A stretch of 32,000 nucleotides of DNA from Promethearchaeota archaeon (lineage in GTDB: Archaea > Asgardarchaeota > Lokiarchaeia > Sigyniarchaeales > SOKP01). Below the pieces are notes generated by a model, which saw only the letters and a program-made list of their open reading frames with translations, did not search any database and was not told where the DNA came from. Position 1 is the stretch's first letter, and every line of letters starts with the position of its first letter. Shown here piece after piece: positions 18,143-27,951 of this stretch. The translations under genes and the position numbers were made by a program. The DNA lies in assembly GCA_030606485.1 (NCBI GenBank), contig JAUWGH010000001.1, forward strand, positions 480,001 through 512,000, in the 5' to 3' direction.

Positions 18143-19659
18143 TTAGAATGTAGAATTAATCTGTTGTAAATTTTTCAAATCTTCTTTCTTTTTAAAATAA
18201 TTTAATGTGGAACTAGCCAAAATTACAATGAATCCAAGAATTAATAAAATAACAATTTTTTCAAAGGGGAATGTTTGTATAAATGTCTTTCTGATTAATT
18301 CCCAATCGATATTTAAAAACCATTCAATATTAAGTGGAACATTAAATCTAAGAGTAGCATCACCATAAGGATGTCCAAATAATGCAAATAAGTATAAATT
18401 CATTAAAGAAAATAAAATTAATAAAATACCGAAAGTTATATTCATTATTTTTCTATTTCTCTGATATCCAACCAAAACAATATTTGTTAATCCAAAAGTT
18501 AATAATGGAATAGTTCCAATTAAACCCCTCATTCCAAAAGAGGGGAATGCTCCAGGATTGAAAATTCCCCAAACATAACTCTGAAGAAAAAAGGGAATTA
18601 ATAAGATAATTCAATCATATTTATTCAAATCTTTTAGTAGAAAGAATAATATAAATCCAAAAGTACAGAGAATGAATAACGGATGCCAAATAAATAAACT
18701 ATGAACCCCAAACATTACTTTAAAGAAATCTGGCTCAAAAAAATTATATTTATATTCACTCCAAGGAATTGGTAGAGGTATTCCGTATTGTAGCCACTAA
18801 GCAATTAGCTGAGGTGAAAATGCAATAAAAAATCCAAATATCGCAAGAAAAATTCCTAAAAATAATTGTATAATAAAATCAAAAAATCGATTATCTTTTT
18901 TCCATTGTGCTAATGTTCTCTGAATTTGAGGTATAAAAATTACTAAAAAAAGAACATTTTGTATCCTTACCGTAGTCATAATTCCTACCAAACAAGATAC
19001 TATTAATATTTGCCTTATTGTTAATCTATCATGCCATTTAACCCAAAGATAGACTAAGATAGATACCAAAAAGAAAGATAGTGCGTGATCTTTTAATGGA
19101 TTTCTAAAGACATAATATATCAATGGAGTACAGAATAGAGCAAAAAGTTTGCTGATAGTCGAAATATTTCTCTCGTACGCTTTACTATAATATGAATCAA
19201 GTGCTAATCCTAAAAATTTTAATCCGATATATACATAAAACATCGTCCCTAAATTAGCCAAACCGACATCTAATCGAAATGTTAAGCGTTCCTCTCAAAG
19301 TAAATTGAGTAAAGGTGGATAAATGGTTAAAGTAATAGAAGAAATTAAATGCCCCATCAGGTAGAATGGTGCCCAAAGTATCACAGGACCAAAAGACCAA
19401 TGATTCTCCATAATTGGTATATTATAGGGCCAATTAGTTAAATTATTAGAAAGATCTAAATCACCATCTTCAAAAATGGATACAAGTTGTGCAAGTTGAT
19501 AATACCCATCAGTTGTATAACTGGTTGGACCGTAATACAATATTACACAACAAATTAAAAAAATAATTTCAATAAAACCAATAGAAAGGAATGAAAAAAT
19601 TTTTCTGAAATTTGATTTAAAAAATTTTATTAATTTATTTTCTGGAGTCCTTTTTTCAT
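18143..19659 (-). pseudogene. ~505-aa polytopic GT-C-like (GT39-like) membrane protein gene with a homopolymer frameshift after the ATG and three in-frame stops
   Basis: Track ORFs 19295..19540, 18797..19261 and 18143..18532, plus the unlisted segments between them, are all in one frame. Stops: TGA 19297-19295, TAG 18799-18797, TGA 18613-18611. ATG 19659 joins the frame if A6 becomes A7. Family motifs DGYY..L.SIFEDGDLD, GP.ILWAPFY..GH, HALSFF, VR..N, PQL..(W)...YG, LFIWHP, SFG.R. Confidence 0.88.
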
Positions 19660-19807
19660 ATTTTATTTATATCTCAAATTAATATGGTATTGAATTAATA
19701 AATTATTTAAAAAGTTAGTATTTTGGAACATACATTTAAGAGGAATAGAAATATGATAACCTTTATTATAATAAATTAGGTGTATAAAAAATATTAGAGA
19801 TATAATA

Positions 19808-20956
19808 TTATCTTAGATCTTTGATATAATTTATATATTCCTTTGAAATCTGAATGCAATCATATTTTTTAACTAACTCTAAAGCATTATTTCTTAATCT
19901 TAATCGTTTTTCTTCATTTTCTAGTAAATCTATAATTTTTTTTGCAAGATCTTTTGAATCGTTTAAAATAAAAGTCATACCACCATTTCCAATGATTCCT
20001 GACATAGGTAGTATATTTGCGCAGATAACAGGTGTTCCACTTGCCATTGCTTCTAAAATAACCTGCCCAAAGCCTTCCAATTCAGAAGGGAGAACAAATA
20101 ATACTACTGATGCATAATATCTAAGAAGTTCATTACTTTTAATAAATCCTAAAAAAGTTACATTTTTATGAATTCCTAAGGAATGAGATAATTTCTTTAA
20201 TCGATTAAACAAAGGACCTTTTCCGATTAAAATCAAATGAGCATCTGGTATTTTCTTAAGTACAATTCGCATTGCTTTTAATAAAACTGGGATTCTTTTC
20301 CTATAAATCATAGGTCCTACATATAAAATGGTTTTTATCCCATATTTTTCTTTTATATTTTTTGACATTTTATTTGAATTGAATTTTTCTGTATCAACTG
20401 CATTTGAAATGACTTTTATATCTTGATCATTAAGGTGATAATGAGTAATTAATGAAGATTTTGTAGATTCTGAAACAGCAATTATATGTTTATGAAGATT
20501 AAACTGCCTTCTTTGAAGATAATGAAAAAAAGGTAATTCAAAATATTCTTGAAACAACTTCACATAACTAAAATGATGAGCAATAGAGACAACTGGAATT
20601 TTCTTTATTTTTAAATATCTTGTAAATCCAAGAGGTTGAGTAAAAATGACAACATTTGAATCATAATAAATTTTATAAATTTTTTTTAACATTAAATTAA
20701 ATCCTAGTGTTATATGATTTAGTCTTAAAATTGAACCCAATTTACCTAAGATTTTTTTGGAATCTAAAATTCTGGTAATAGGTATCCCTTTATAACGATC
20801 AAATTTCGAACCACCATTCCAATATGAAGTTATTATGTTTACTTTTAACCCTAGATTTTTAAGGCCTAATACCAAATTTTGAACATATTTTTCAATTCCA
20901 GGAAGTATTCCCGGTTTAGGATAAGGGAACACTGGAGTAATAATTGTTATTTTCAT
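19808..20956 (-). CDS. GT4 family glycosyltransferase
   Basis: ITPVFPYP...PGIE, AVSEST, YVG....RKR, PSELEGFGQVILEAMASGTPVI. Confidence 0.93.
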   Translation of the reverse strand: MKITIITPVFPYPKPGILPGIEKYVQNLVLGLKNLGLKVNIITSYWNGGSKFDRYKGIPITRILDSKKILGKLGSILRLNHITLGFNLMLKKIYKIYYDSNVVIFTQPLGFTRYLKIKKIPVVSIAHHFSYVKLFQEYFELPFFHYLQRRQFNLHKHIIAVSESTKSSLITHYHLNDQDIKVISNAVDTEKFNSNKMSKNIKEKYGIKTILYVGPMIYRKRIPVLLKAMRIVLKKIPDAHLILIGKGPLFNRLKKLSHSLGIHKNVTFLGFIKSNELLRYYASVVLFVLPSELEGFGQVILEAMASGTPVICANILPMSGIIGNGGMTFILNDSKDLAKKIIDLLENEEKRLRLRNNALELVKKYDCIQISKEYINYIKDLR

Positions 20957-21139
20957 GTTTTTCTTTTTGATATAAAATATCTTGTTTTTACTTTTTAATA
21001 AATGAAAAATAATTAATATTTTTTTACTTCAAAATTTTTTTTTAATAGCGTTACTATAACTAAATTTTTATTAAAAAGAAAATAATAAAAGAAATAATTA
21101 TTTTAAATTAAATATTTAAGAAATTTTGAGGGTTTAATC

Positions 21140-22039
21140 ATGGAAATACTGGTTAGTATTATTGTCCCAACATTCAATGAAGAAAATCAGATAATATTTC
21201 TATTAAAATCTCTATTAACTCAAAAATTTTCGCAAAAATATGAAATAATCATTGTAGATAATGAATCTACAGACAATACAATTAAAGTGATAAAAGAATT
21301 TAAAAATAAAAATAAAATTATGAACATTAAAGTTATAACGTCTATAGGAAAATTAGGTAAAGTTAGAAATGATGGAATTTTAAAATCCTCTGGAAGATTT
21401 GTTGCATTTATTGATGCTGACGAGATAGCTGATCCTAATTGGCTGATAGAATTGATGAAAAAAACAAATGAATATGATGGTGTACTTGGTTCTATTAATT
21501 CTATGAATCCGAATAAAAATTTTATATCAAAATTTTTTGATCTAACGTTAATAGATCGAAAAAAATTTCTAAATAAACAAACTAAAATAAAAATATTTGG
21601 TACCGGAAATCTTTTAATTAACCAAAAAGTCTTCAAAAAAGGATTAATATTTGATGAAAACTTTCCAACAGCGGAAGATGGTGATTTTTCATATCGCTTT
21701 TATAAAAAAGATTATAAAATTATATTCAATGAAAAAGCAAAAATATTCCATAAAGTTCCTGAAACTATAAAGCAATTTTACTTTTTTAATAAAAAAATGG
21801 CAATATCAAATCTATTAATTTTTCTAAAACATCGAGATTATTTCTCCTTTCTAAAATTGATTATGACAATTTTTTATTTTATTAGTCCAAATTTTATTAA
21901 AGTCTACAAAAAAAATAATAATATCTCTCTAATACAATTTATTTTTCTTGGTTTATTCTCTTTTTTTATTTATCTCTGTTGTTATCTTAATCCTAATATA
22001 TCAATAAGAGTAAAAAAAAAAATTTCACGTCCGAAATAA
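21140..22039 (+). CDS. GT2 family glycosyltransferase
   Basis: VSIIVPTFNEE, IVDNESTDNT, FIDADE, GTGN, AEDGDFSYR, C-terminal TM segment. Confidence 0.92.
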   Translation: MEILVSIIVPTFNEENQIIFLLKSLLTQKFSQKYEIIIVDNESTDNTIKVIKEFKNKNKIMNIKVITSIGKLGKVRNDGILKSSGRFVAFIDADEIADPNWLIELMKKTNEYDGVLGSINSMNPNKNFISKFFDLTLIDRKKFLNKQTKIKIFGTGNLLINQKVFKKGLIFDENFPTAEDGDFSYRFYKKDYKIIFNEKAKIFHKVPETIKQFYFFNKKMAISNLLIFLKHRDYFSFLKLIMTIFYFISPNFIKVYKKNNNISLIQFIFLGLFSFFIYLCCYLNPNISIRVKKKISRPK

Positions 22040-22053
22040 TTAATATTAATTGT

Positions 22054-24171
22054 TTATCCAAAACGTAATTTCCTTAAACTGTATAAAACCCCGAAAATTA
22101 GAAGGAGAGATAATCCAATCATTAAAAATATTTTCTTCTTTTTTAAAAAATCTTTAAAATAATTGTTTTGTATGATAATCAAATTAAAAAAAGTAAAATA
22201 AGTAATATATTTAGAACTAAAGATGCTAAATGCAAATCCTAAATTTCTATTTCCACTCAAACCTAAAATCATTAATATTGAACTACATGCAATAATTGAT
22301 AAAAGAAAATAATTTTCTCTTTCATTTCGAATTTTATAATAAATAATTCCTTTAATGAATAAAAAAATATTAAAAATAATAAATGAAAAACTTAATGCAA
22401 TTTCGAATAATATAAATAATTCTTCTTCTCGAAGAAATGGAATATCAAAAGTATCGAAAATAATTATTACTATAATTATCATGATAGGTATAGTAACTTG
22501 AATTATTTTTTTAGAAATTACTTTTTTTAAAAAATTATGGATTTTTACTAAAATATCAACGAATTTTTTATATATTTTATCAAAGATATGATTAAGTTTG
22601 AAAAAAGAGATATATAATATTATGAAATAAAAAGCTGATACGATAAGCACAATTCCCGCAAAAAAAAGACTAATTTGATAATGTCCATTTAAAATTACGG
22701 GTATTGTAAATTTGGTGGAAATATAATACCAATAACCTATATTAAGAAGAGGAACACCTTCCAATTGCACAAAATAATAACCAATGTAACCAAAAAATTC
22801 TTGCGTCATTAAAAAAATAGTTAGCAATATAAATAAAAGGAATGTATTTCTATAAAGAAATCTTTTAGATATTGACTCAATTTCCTTATCCATATTTGCT
22901 TTTTGAATATTAACAAAAATATAATAAATACCGTAAAAAAATATTATAAAAATAAAATATATAGTTTCCTCAAAATGTGTTAAATTCAAAAAAAAATAAA
23001 GGAAAATGATAGTAAGCATATGTCTTAATTTAAATTCATATTCATGTATCCAATTATAAAATTCTATTACCAAAATGTAGAAAATAAATAACCCAATAAC
23101 GCCTGTCGTAGCAGAATGAGCATTTTTTATTGTCAAAGGTGTAACTATTGCCAAAACTGTTAAAAGTAGTAAATTTAATTTGTTTTCATCATTTTTTTCT
23201 GAAAATTGCTTGAAAACTGAATAAAAGAAGAATGGCATAAAAATAAAAATTAATGGATAAAGGAACATTAGTGCAAATTTGATTTCTAAACTAAAACCAT
23301 TTATTAATAATATTGAAGTAAATAGAGATGTTGAATATCTTAATGGTGAATATCCCTCTAAATAAAAACAATAGCAACCGTGTCCACTAAACCCATGTTG
23401 AATATAAAGATCATATTTTTGATCTAATACCCATGTATCTAGACCAAAATAATTCCCAATTTGAAGATATGGAAGTATCAATAAACAATATGAAAATACG
23501 GATAAACACAAAAGTATTAGATATCTATTTTTAACATAAAAAATAATAAGAGTCAAACTTATTAGTGTACTTCCTAAAAATACATAAAACAAGAATGGAA
23601 CTCGGTAAAAAAATGTAAAATTCCACCAATAATCCCGTCTAACAGTGGAAAAATCATTATTACTTACATCACTAAAATAAGTCGAAATACACAAAAATAT
23701 TAACGATACAATAAAACCTATGATTATAAAAAAAGGTTTAAAATTAAAATTTTCTTTTTTTAACTCAAAATGATTATAGGTCCAATTTTCTTTGATATGA
23801 TTCTTGTTTCTGAATACATCTATTAAAATTAAGATAATATTTATTATTTGAATAATTATTATTACCATTTCAGGCCAGAACCAGAACCCATAATTATCTC
23901 CAATAGGAACAATGCTATAACCTATCACATAAATGAAGAACATAGGAATATTTCCTATTAAAAGACTGAGAAATGTAGCGTATCCCACCTTTTTTATTAT
24001 GTCAGAATCTGGCTTTAATATACTTATCAGATTATACCCTGGCAAAAATAAAATGCAAAGAAAACCTAAAATTACATTAATTGGTAATATTATTATCGAA
24101 AAGATGGTCACTAATGAGTAAATAAAGATAATTATAATCTGTGCAATTAAAAATATTCCTTTATACTTCAT
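22054..24171 (-). CDS. Polytopic membrane protein, DUF1616/DUF2206-like (putative GT-C fold); paralog of 4618..6729
   Basis: 705 aa; ILGFLCILFLPGY, NFTFF.RVP, LPYLQI, RYSTSLFTSILL, LTHFEE and the terminus YSLRKLRFG are all shared with the 703-aa ORF. Confidence 0.8.
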   Translation of the reverse strand: MKYKGIFLIAQIIIIFIYSLVTIFSIIILPINVILGFLCILFLPGYNLISILKPDSDIIKKVGYATFLSLLIGNIPMFFIYVIGYSIVPIGDNYGFWFWPEMVIIIIQIINIILILIDVFRNKNHIKENWTYNHFELKKENFNFKPFFIIIGFIVSLIFLCISTYFSDVSNNDFSTVRRDYWWNFTFFYRVPFLFYVFLGSTLISLTLIIFYVKNRYLILLCLSVFSYCLLILPYLQIGNYFGLDTWVLDQKYDLYIQHGFSGHGCYCFYLEGYSPLRYSTSLFTSILLINGFSLEIKFALMFLYPLIFIFMPFFFYSVFKQFSEKNDENKLNLLLLTVLAIVTPLTIKNAHSATTGVIGLFIFYILVIEFYNWIHEYEFKLRHMLTIIFLYFFLNLTHFEETIYFIFIIFFYGIYYIFVNIQKANMDKEIESISKRFLYRNTFLLFILLTIFLMTQEFFGYIGYYFVQLEGVPLLNIGYWYYISTKFTIPVILNGHYQISLFFAGIVLIVSAFYFIILYISFFKLNHIFDKIYKKFVDILVKIHNFLKKVISKKIIQVTIPIMIIIVIIIFDTFDIPFLREEELFILFEIALSFSFIIFNIFLFIKGIIYYKIRNERENYFLLSIIACSSILMILGLSGNRNLGFAFSIFSSKYITYFTFFNLIIIQNNYFKDFLKKKKIFLMIGLSLLLIFGVLYSLRKLRFG

Positions 24172-24621
24172 TATATTCTTTCTTAATAATATTATTTTAA
24201 TTAATTTTTGTAAAAATTAGATTGTTATACCGATTTTTTAGATCCAATGAAAATTGTAATTTTCTATTATTGTAATTTTTAATTTTTCAATAATTTGAAA
24301 TCTGTTTATTTACCCCAATCTCTAATTGATTAAAAAAATAATGATTTTTTAATAATCATATTCATAAACTATTCTAACCCGAAAATATAATTGAATTTTA
24401 CCTAAATTAATCGAAAAATTTCACTTATAACTAATAGACTTACTAAAAATATAAGATATATAAGTAGTGGAAAGCTACTGGTTAAAAGATAAAATTAATT
24501 AATCTTTGGGCAACTAGAGATATATTTTTAACTTTCATTTTATATTCTTTTATAATAACTTAATTTTATAATATTTTATCCTAATACTAATAAGAAAAAA
24601 ATAAATGTCTATTGTCTAATA

Positions 24622-25827
24622 ATGACAAGATTTAAAATTTTAAGAATAGTTCCATTTTTCTATCCAGCATTTGGATATGGTGGACCAGTAATTCATACTT
24701 TTAATATATCAAAAATTCAAGCCAAATTGGGATATGATGTAAGGGTATTTACTACTAATATCTTTAAACATGATTTAGTGTCAAATGTATTACCTCACTA
24801 TGAAAATATTTTTGGTGTAAAAGTGCATCGATTTCCAATAAGATTTAAATTAAAAGGAACACATTTTTGGATTACTCCTGCAATAATCTCAAATGGATTA
24901 AAATACGATTATGATCTAATTCATGCACATACATATCGGACATTTCAAACGGATGTTGCAAGTTTTCTTTCAAAAATTAAAAAAAAACCTTTTATTCTTA
25001 CAGCACACGGAAATATGAGAGACCTTACGCGACTACAAATACTTAGAGGGAAACCTAGCTCAAAACTAATTCGAATATATGATAAAATAATAAAAAATTT
25101 CACAATAAACGCACCAGATAGAGTTATCGTTCATTCAAATTATGAAGCAATTTGGACTAAAGAGATAGGTGTAAAAGAAGAAAAACTTCGGATTGTTCCC
25201 CATGGAGTTGATATAAAAAAATTTTCTGATCTTAAGTTAAAGGAAAATTTTTTTAAAAAATTTCAATTTCATGGGAAATTGATTGTATATGTAGGAAGAA
25301 TTTTAAGGGGTTATAGGGATTTGCATAGTTTGATTAAAATAATGCCGGATATTACGAAAGAGGTTCCTAAGGCAAAATTAATTTTTATAGGGGAAAGTTT
25401 TGATATTGATTATGAGTTAGAACTTAAAAAATTAGTCTCTTCTTTAAAATTGAATAAAAATATTCATTTTATCACTAATCCAAATTGGGATGAAATTATT
25501 GGGGGATATTTATCAGCAAATGTCTTTGTATTTCCAACAAATAAAAGTGAGAGTTTTGGGATACCCCTATTAGAAGCTGGGGCAGCTCATTGTCCTGTTG
25601 TAGCTCCAAAAGTAGGCGCTGTTCCAGAACTAATAAAGAATAATATTTCTGGGCTCTTGGTAAAATTAAATGATGAAGAAGATTTTAAAAAAAAAATTTT
25701 AAAAATTCTCTTAGATGAGAAATTGGAAAAAAAATTGGGAGATAATGGATATAAAATAGTATCTGAAAATTATTCATGGGAAAAAATTACTGAACTAATT
25801 AATGAAATATATTCAGAATTACTTTAG
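24622..25827 (+). CDS. GT4 family glycosyltransferase
   Basis: IVPFFYPAFGYGGP, AHG, YVGRI, FPTNKSESFGIPLLEAGAAHCPVVA. Confidence 0.93.
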   Translation: MTRFKILRIVPFFYPAFGYGGPVIHTFNISKIQAKLGYDVRVFTTNIFKHDLVSNVLPHYENIFGVKVHRFPIRFKLKGTHFWITPAIISNGLKYDYDLIHAHTYRTFQTDVASFLSKIKKKPFILTAHGNMRDLTRLQILRGKPSSKLIRIYDKIIKNFTINAPDRVIVHSNYEAIWTKEIGVKEEKLRIVPHGVDIKKFSDLKLKENFFKKFQFHGKLIVYVGRILRGYRDLHSLIKIMPDITKEVPKAKLIFIGESFDIDYELELKKLVSSLKLNKNIHFITNPNWDEIIGGYLSANVFVFPTNKSESFGIPLLEAGAAHCPVVAPKVGAVPELIKNNISGLLVKLNDEEDFKKKILKILLDEKLEKKLGDNGYKIVSENYSWEKITELINEIYSELL

Positions 25828-25949
25828 AAAAATTGATAATATATTAAGACAAAAAAAAGAAAATTTAGATGTTATTAGGCTAATTTTTAATGTTTTGATA
25901 TAAGACTTTTTATCAAAAAATTATTAAGAAATTATATATAACTAACATT

Positions 25950-26984
25950 ATGAATATCTTTGAGGATAAAATTATTCTGATAACTGGGGGATCAGGTACT
26001 ATAGGATCTCATTTAGTAGAGACTTTATTAACTAAATATTCACCTAAAATAATTCGTATATACAGCAGAGATGAAACAAAACAATATATTTTGTCTAGAA
26101 AATTAAATAAATATTCTAAGAAGCTTAGATTTTTAATAGGAGATGTAAGAGATAAAGAAAGGCTAAATAGAGCTATGAAAAATGTTAATATTGTTTTCCA
26201 TTTAGCTGCGTTAAAACATGTAGGAGCTTGTGAATATAACCCATTTGAAGCAATTAAAACGAATATTATTGGTCTCCAAAATATGATCGAAGTTAGTATC
26301 GATAATAATATTGAAAAGTTTATATTTACTAGTACAGACAAAGCTGCAACACCAAGTAATGCAATGGGAGTTACAAAATTATTAGGAGAGAAATTAGTAA
26401 CAGCTGCAAATTACTATAAGGGTAAGGCGAAAACAATTTTTTATTCTGTTAGATTTGGAAATGTTCTTGGATCTAGAGGATCCTTAATCCCATTAATAGA
26501 AAATCAAATTAAAAACAATTTACCTATTACAATAACTCATAGTGATATGACAAGGTACATTATGGGTATTCATACGGCTATAGAATTAATTCTAGAATCT
26601 TTAGAAATTGCACAAGGAGGAGAGGTTTTCGTTCTAAAAATGGAAGCTGTAAAAATTATTGATTTAATTAATATTTTAATTAATTTTTTTGCGCAAAAAT
26701 ATAATAAAGTCATTGAAAAAATCCATATAGAAGAAATAGGAATGTTTGCGGGTGAAAAACTCTATGAAGAATTATTTTCAGTGGAAGAATCTGAAAGAAC
26801 TTACGAAATTGATAATATGTATATTATTATCCCTCAAATCACGGAAGTTTCAACTAAAATAGATTTAAAAAAATATCCTAATCTTAAAAAGTTAGATCGA
26901 TCCAAACCATTTAATACAAACAGTGAGCCTCTTCTGTCAAAAGAAAAAATACGAGAATTTTTAATAAAAAATAAAATTCAATAA
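25950..26984 (+). CDS. UDP-GlcNAc 4,6-dehydratase-like extended SDR (CapD/FnlA/PseB family, Met-type)
   Basis: ITGGSGTIG, SRDETKQ, IGDVRD, FHLAALKHV..CEYNP.EA.KTN, STDKA..P.NAMG.TKL (MxxxK rather than YxxxK), VRFGNVLGSRGS, GEKLYEEL. Confidence 0.92.
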   Translation: MNIFEDKIILITGGSGTIGSHLVETLLTKYSPKIIRIYSRDETKQYILSRKLNKYSKKLRFLIGDVRDKERLNRAMKNVNIVFHLAALKHVGACEYNPFEAIKTNIIGLQNMIEVSIDNNIEKFIFTSTDKAATPSNAMGVTKLLGEKLVTAANYYKGKAKTIFYSVRFGNVLGSRGSLIPLIENQIKNNLPITITHSDMTRYIMGIHTAIELILESLEIAQGGEVFVLKMEAVKIIDLINILINFFAQKYNKVIEKIHIEEIGMFAGEKLYEELFSVEESERTYEIDNMYIIIPQITEVSTKIDLKKYPNLKKLDRSKPFNTNSEPLLSKEKIREFLIKNKIQ

Positions 26985-27006
26985 TAAAAAATTTTGTGAT
27001 TATCTG

Positions 27007-27951
27007 ATGGCTACATTAGTTACGGGTGGAGCTGGTTTCATAGGAAGATGGATCGTAAAAAATTTAATTCAAAATGGCAAAAAAGTCGTTGTTATTGATA
27101 ACTTAAGTAATAGCATAGAAGAGAATTTAAAAGAATTTAGAAACCATCCAAAATTTAAAGAATTTGTTATTCAAGATGTAAGAAATAAAAAATTTATAGA
27201 AAAACTTTTTTCAAAATATAATTTTAATAGTTGCTTTCACTTAGCTGCACAAATAAAGGTCCAAGAAAGTTTAGAATATCCCGAAAGATCTTTTGAAAAT
27301 AATGTGATAGGGACATATAATATATTAGAAGCCGCACGTAAATTTAACACTAAAGTTATTCTTGTTGGAACATGTATGGTTTATGATTTAGCAGATTCAA
27401 ATACTCCAATTTCAGAGGAACATAAAATTAAACCCACCTCTCCCTATGCAGGTTCTAAATTGGCTGCAGAAATATTAGCTCTATCATATTATTATGGATA
27501 TAACCTTCCTATAGTTATACTAAGACCTTTTAATACTTATGGCCCTTTTCAAAAAGCAAATATGGAAGGTGGTGTGGTGTCAATATTTGTAAAGCGTAAA
27601 ATAAAAAATGAAAAACTGTTAATTTTTGGAGATGGAACACAAACAAGGGATTTTTTATATGTTGAAGATTGCGCAGATTATATAGTTAAAGCCGCTGAAT
27701 GTGAAAAATGCTTGGGTGAAATTATAAATGCAGGGACTGGTAGAGATATTTCAATAATCGATCTAGCAAAATTAATCGTTGGAGATGAGGATAGGATTAA
27801 ATATATCAAACATCATCATCCACAAAGTGAAATAATGAAGTTAATTTGTGATAACTCTAAAGCAAAAAAGTTATTAAATTGGGAGCCAAAAACTTCATTA
27901 GAAGAAGGAATATTAATTTTAGAAAATTGGATAAGAAAAAGTGATATATAA
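27007..27951 (+). CDS. NAD-dependent nucleotide-sugar epimerase/dehydratase (extended SDR)
   Basis: VTGGAGFIG, HLAA, N..GT.NILEAAR, TCMVYD, SPYAGSK, RPFNTYGPFQ, GDGTQTRDFLYVED. Confidence 0.92.
   Translation: MATLVTGGAGFIGRWIVKNLIQNGKKVVVIDNLSNSIEENLKEFRNHPKFKEFVIQDVRNKKFIEKLFSKYNFNSCFHLAAQIKVQESLEYPERSFENNVIGTYNILEAARKFNTKVILVGTCMVYDLADSNTPISEEHKIKPTSPYAGSKLAAEILALSYYYGYNLPIVILRPFNTYGPFQKANMEGGVVSIFVKRKIKNEKLLIFGDGTQTRDFLYVEDCADYIVKAAECEKCLGEIINAGTGRDISIIDLAKLIVGDEDRIKYIKHHHPQSEIMKLICDNSKAKKLLNWEPKTSLEEGILILENWIRKSDI

Noticed and set aside
18611-19297. Selenocysteine or pyrrolysine recoding as the explanation for the in-frame stops
   Set aside because: Both TGA and TAG would need recoding, the TAG aligns with a conserved Trp, no SECIS-like element was recognised, and neighbouring genes end in TGA (2998) and TAG (15818, 29149). 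Kept only as a testable alternative.
20957-21139. AT-rich near-palindromes and TATA-like boxes in divergent intergenic regions (also 1176-1285, 6730-6859, 24172-24621)
   Set aside because: Such patterns are expected by chance at this base composition, and no specific promoter can be singled out.
24462-24479. Small hairpin agtagt-ggaaa-gctact in the divergent intergenic region
   Set aside because: A 5-6 bp stem is too short to support an RNA element, tRNA fragment or operator.
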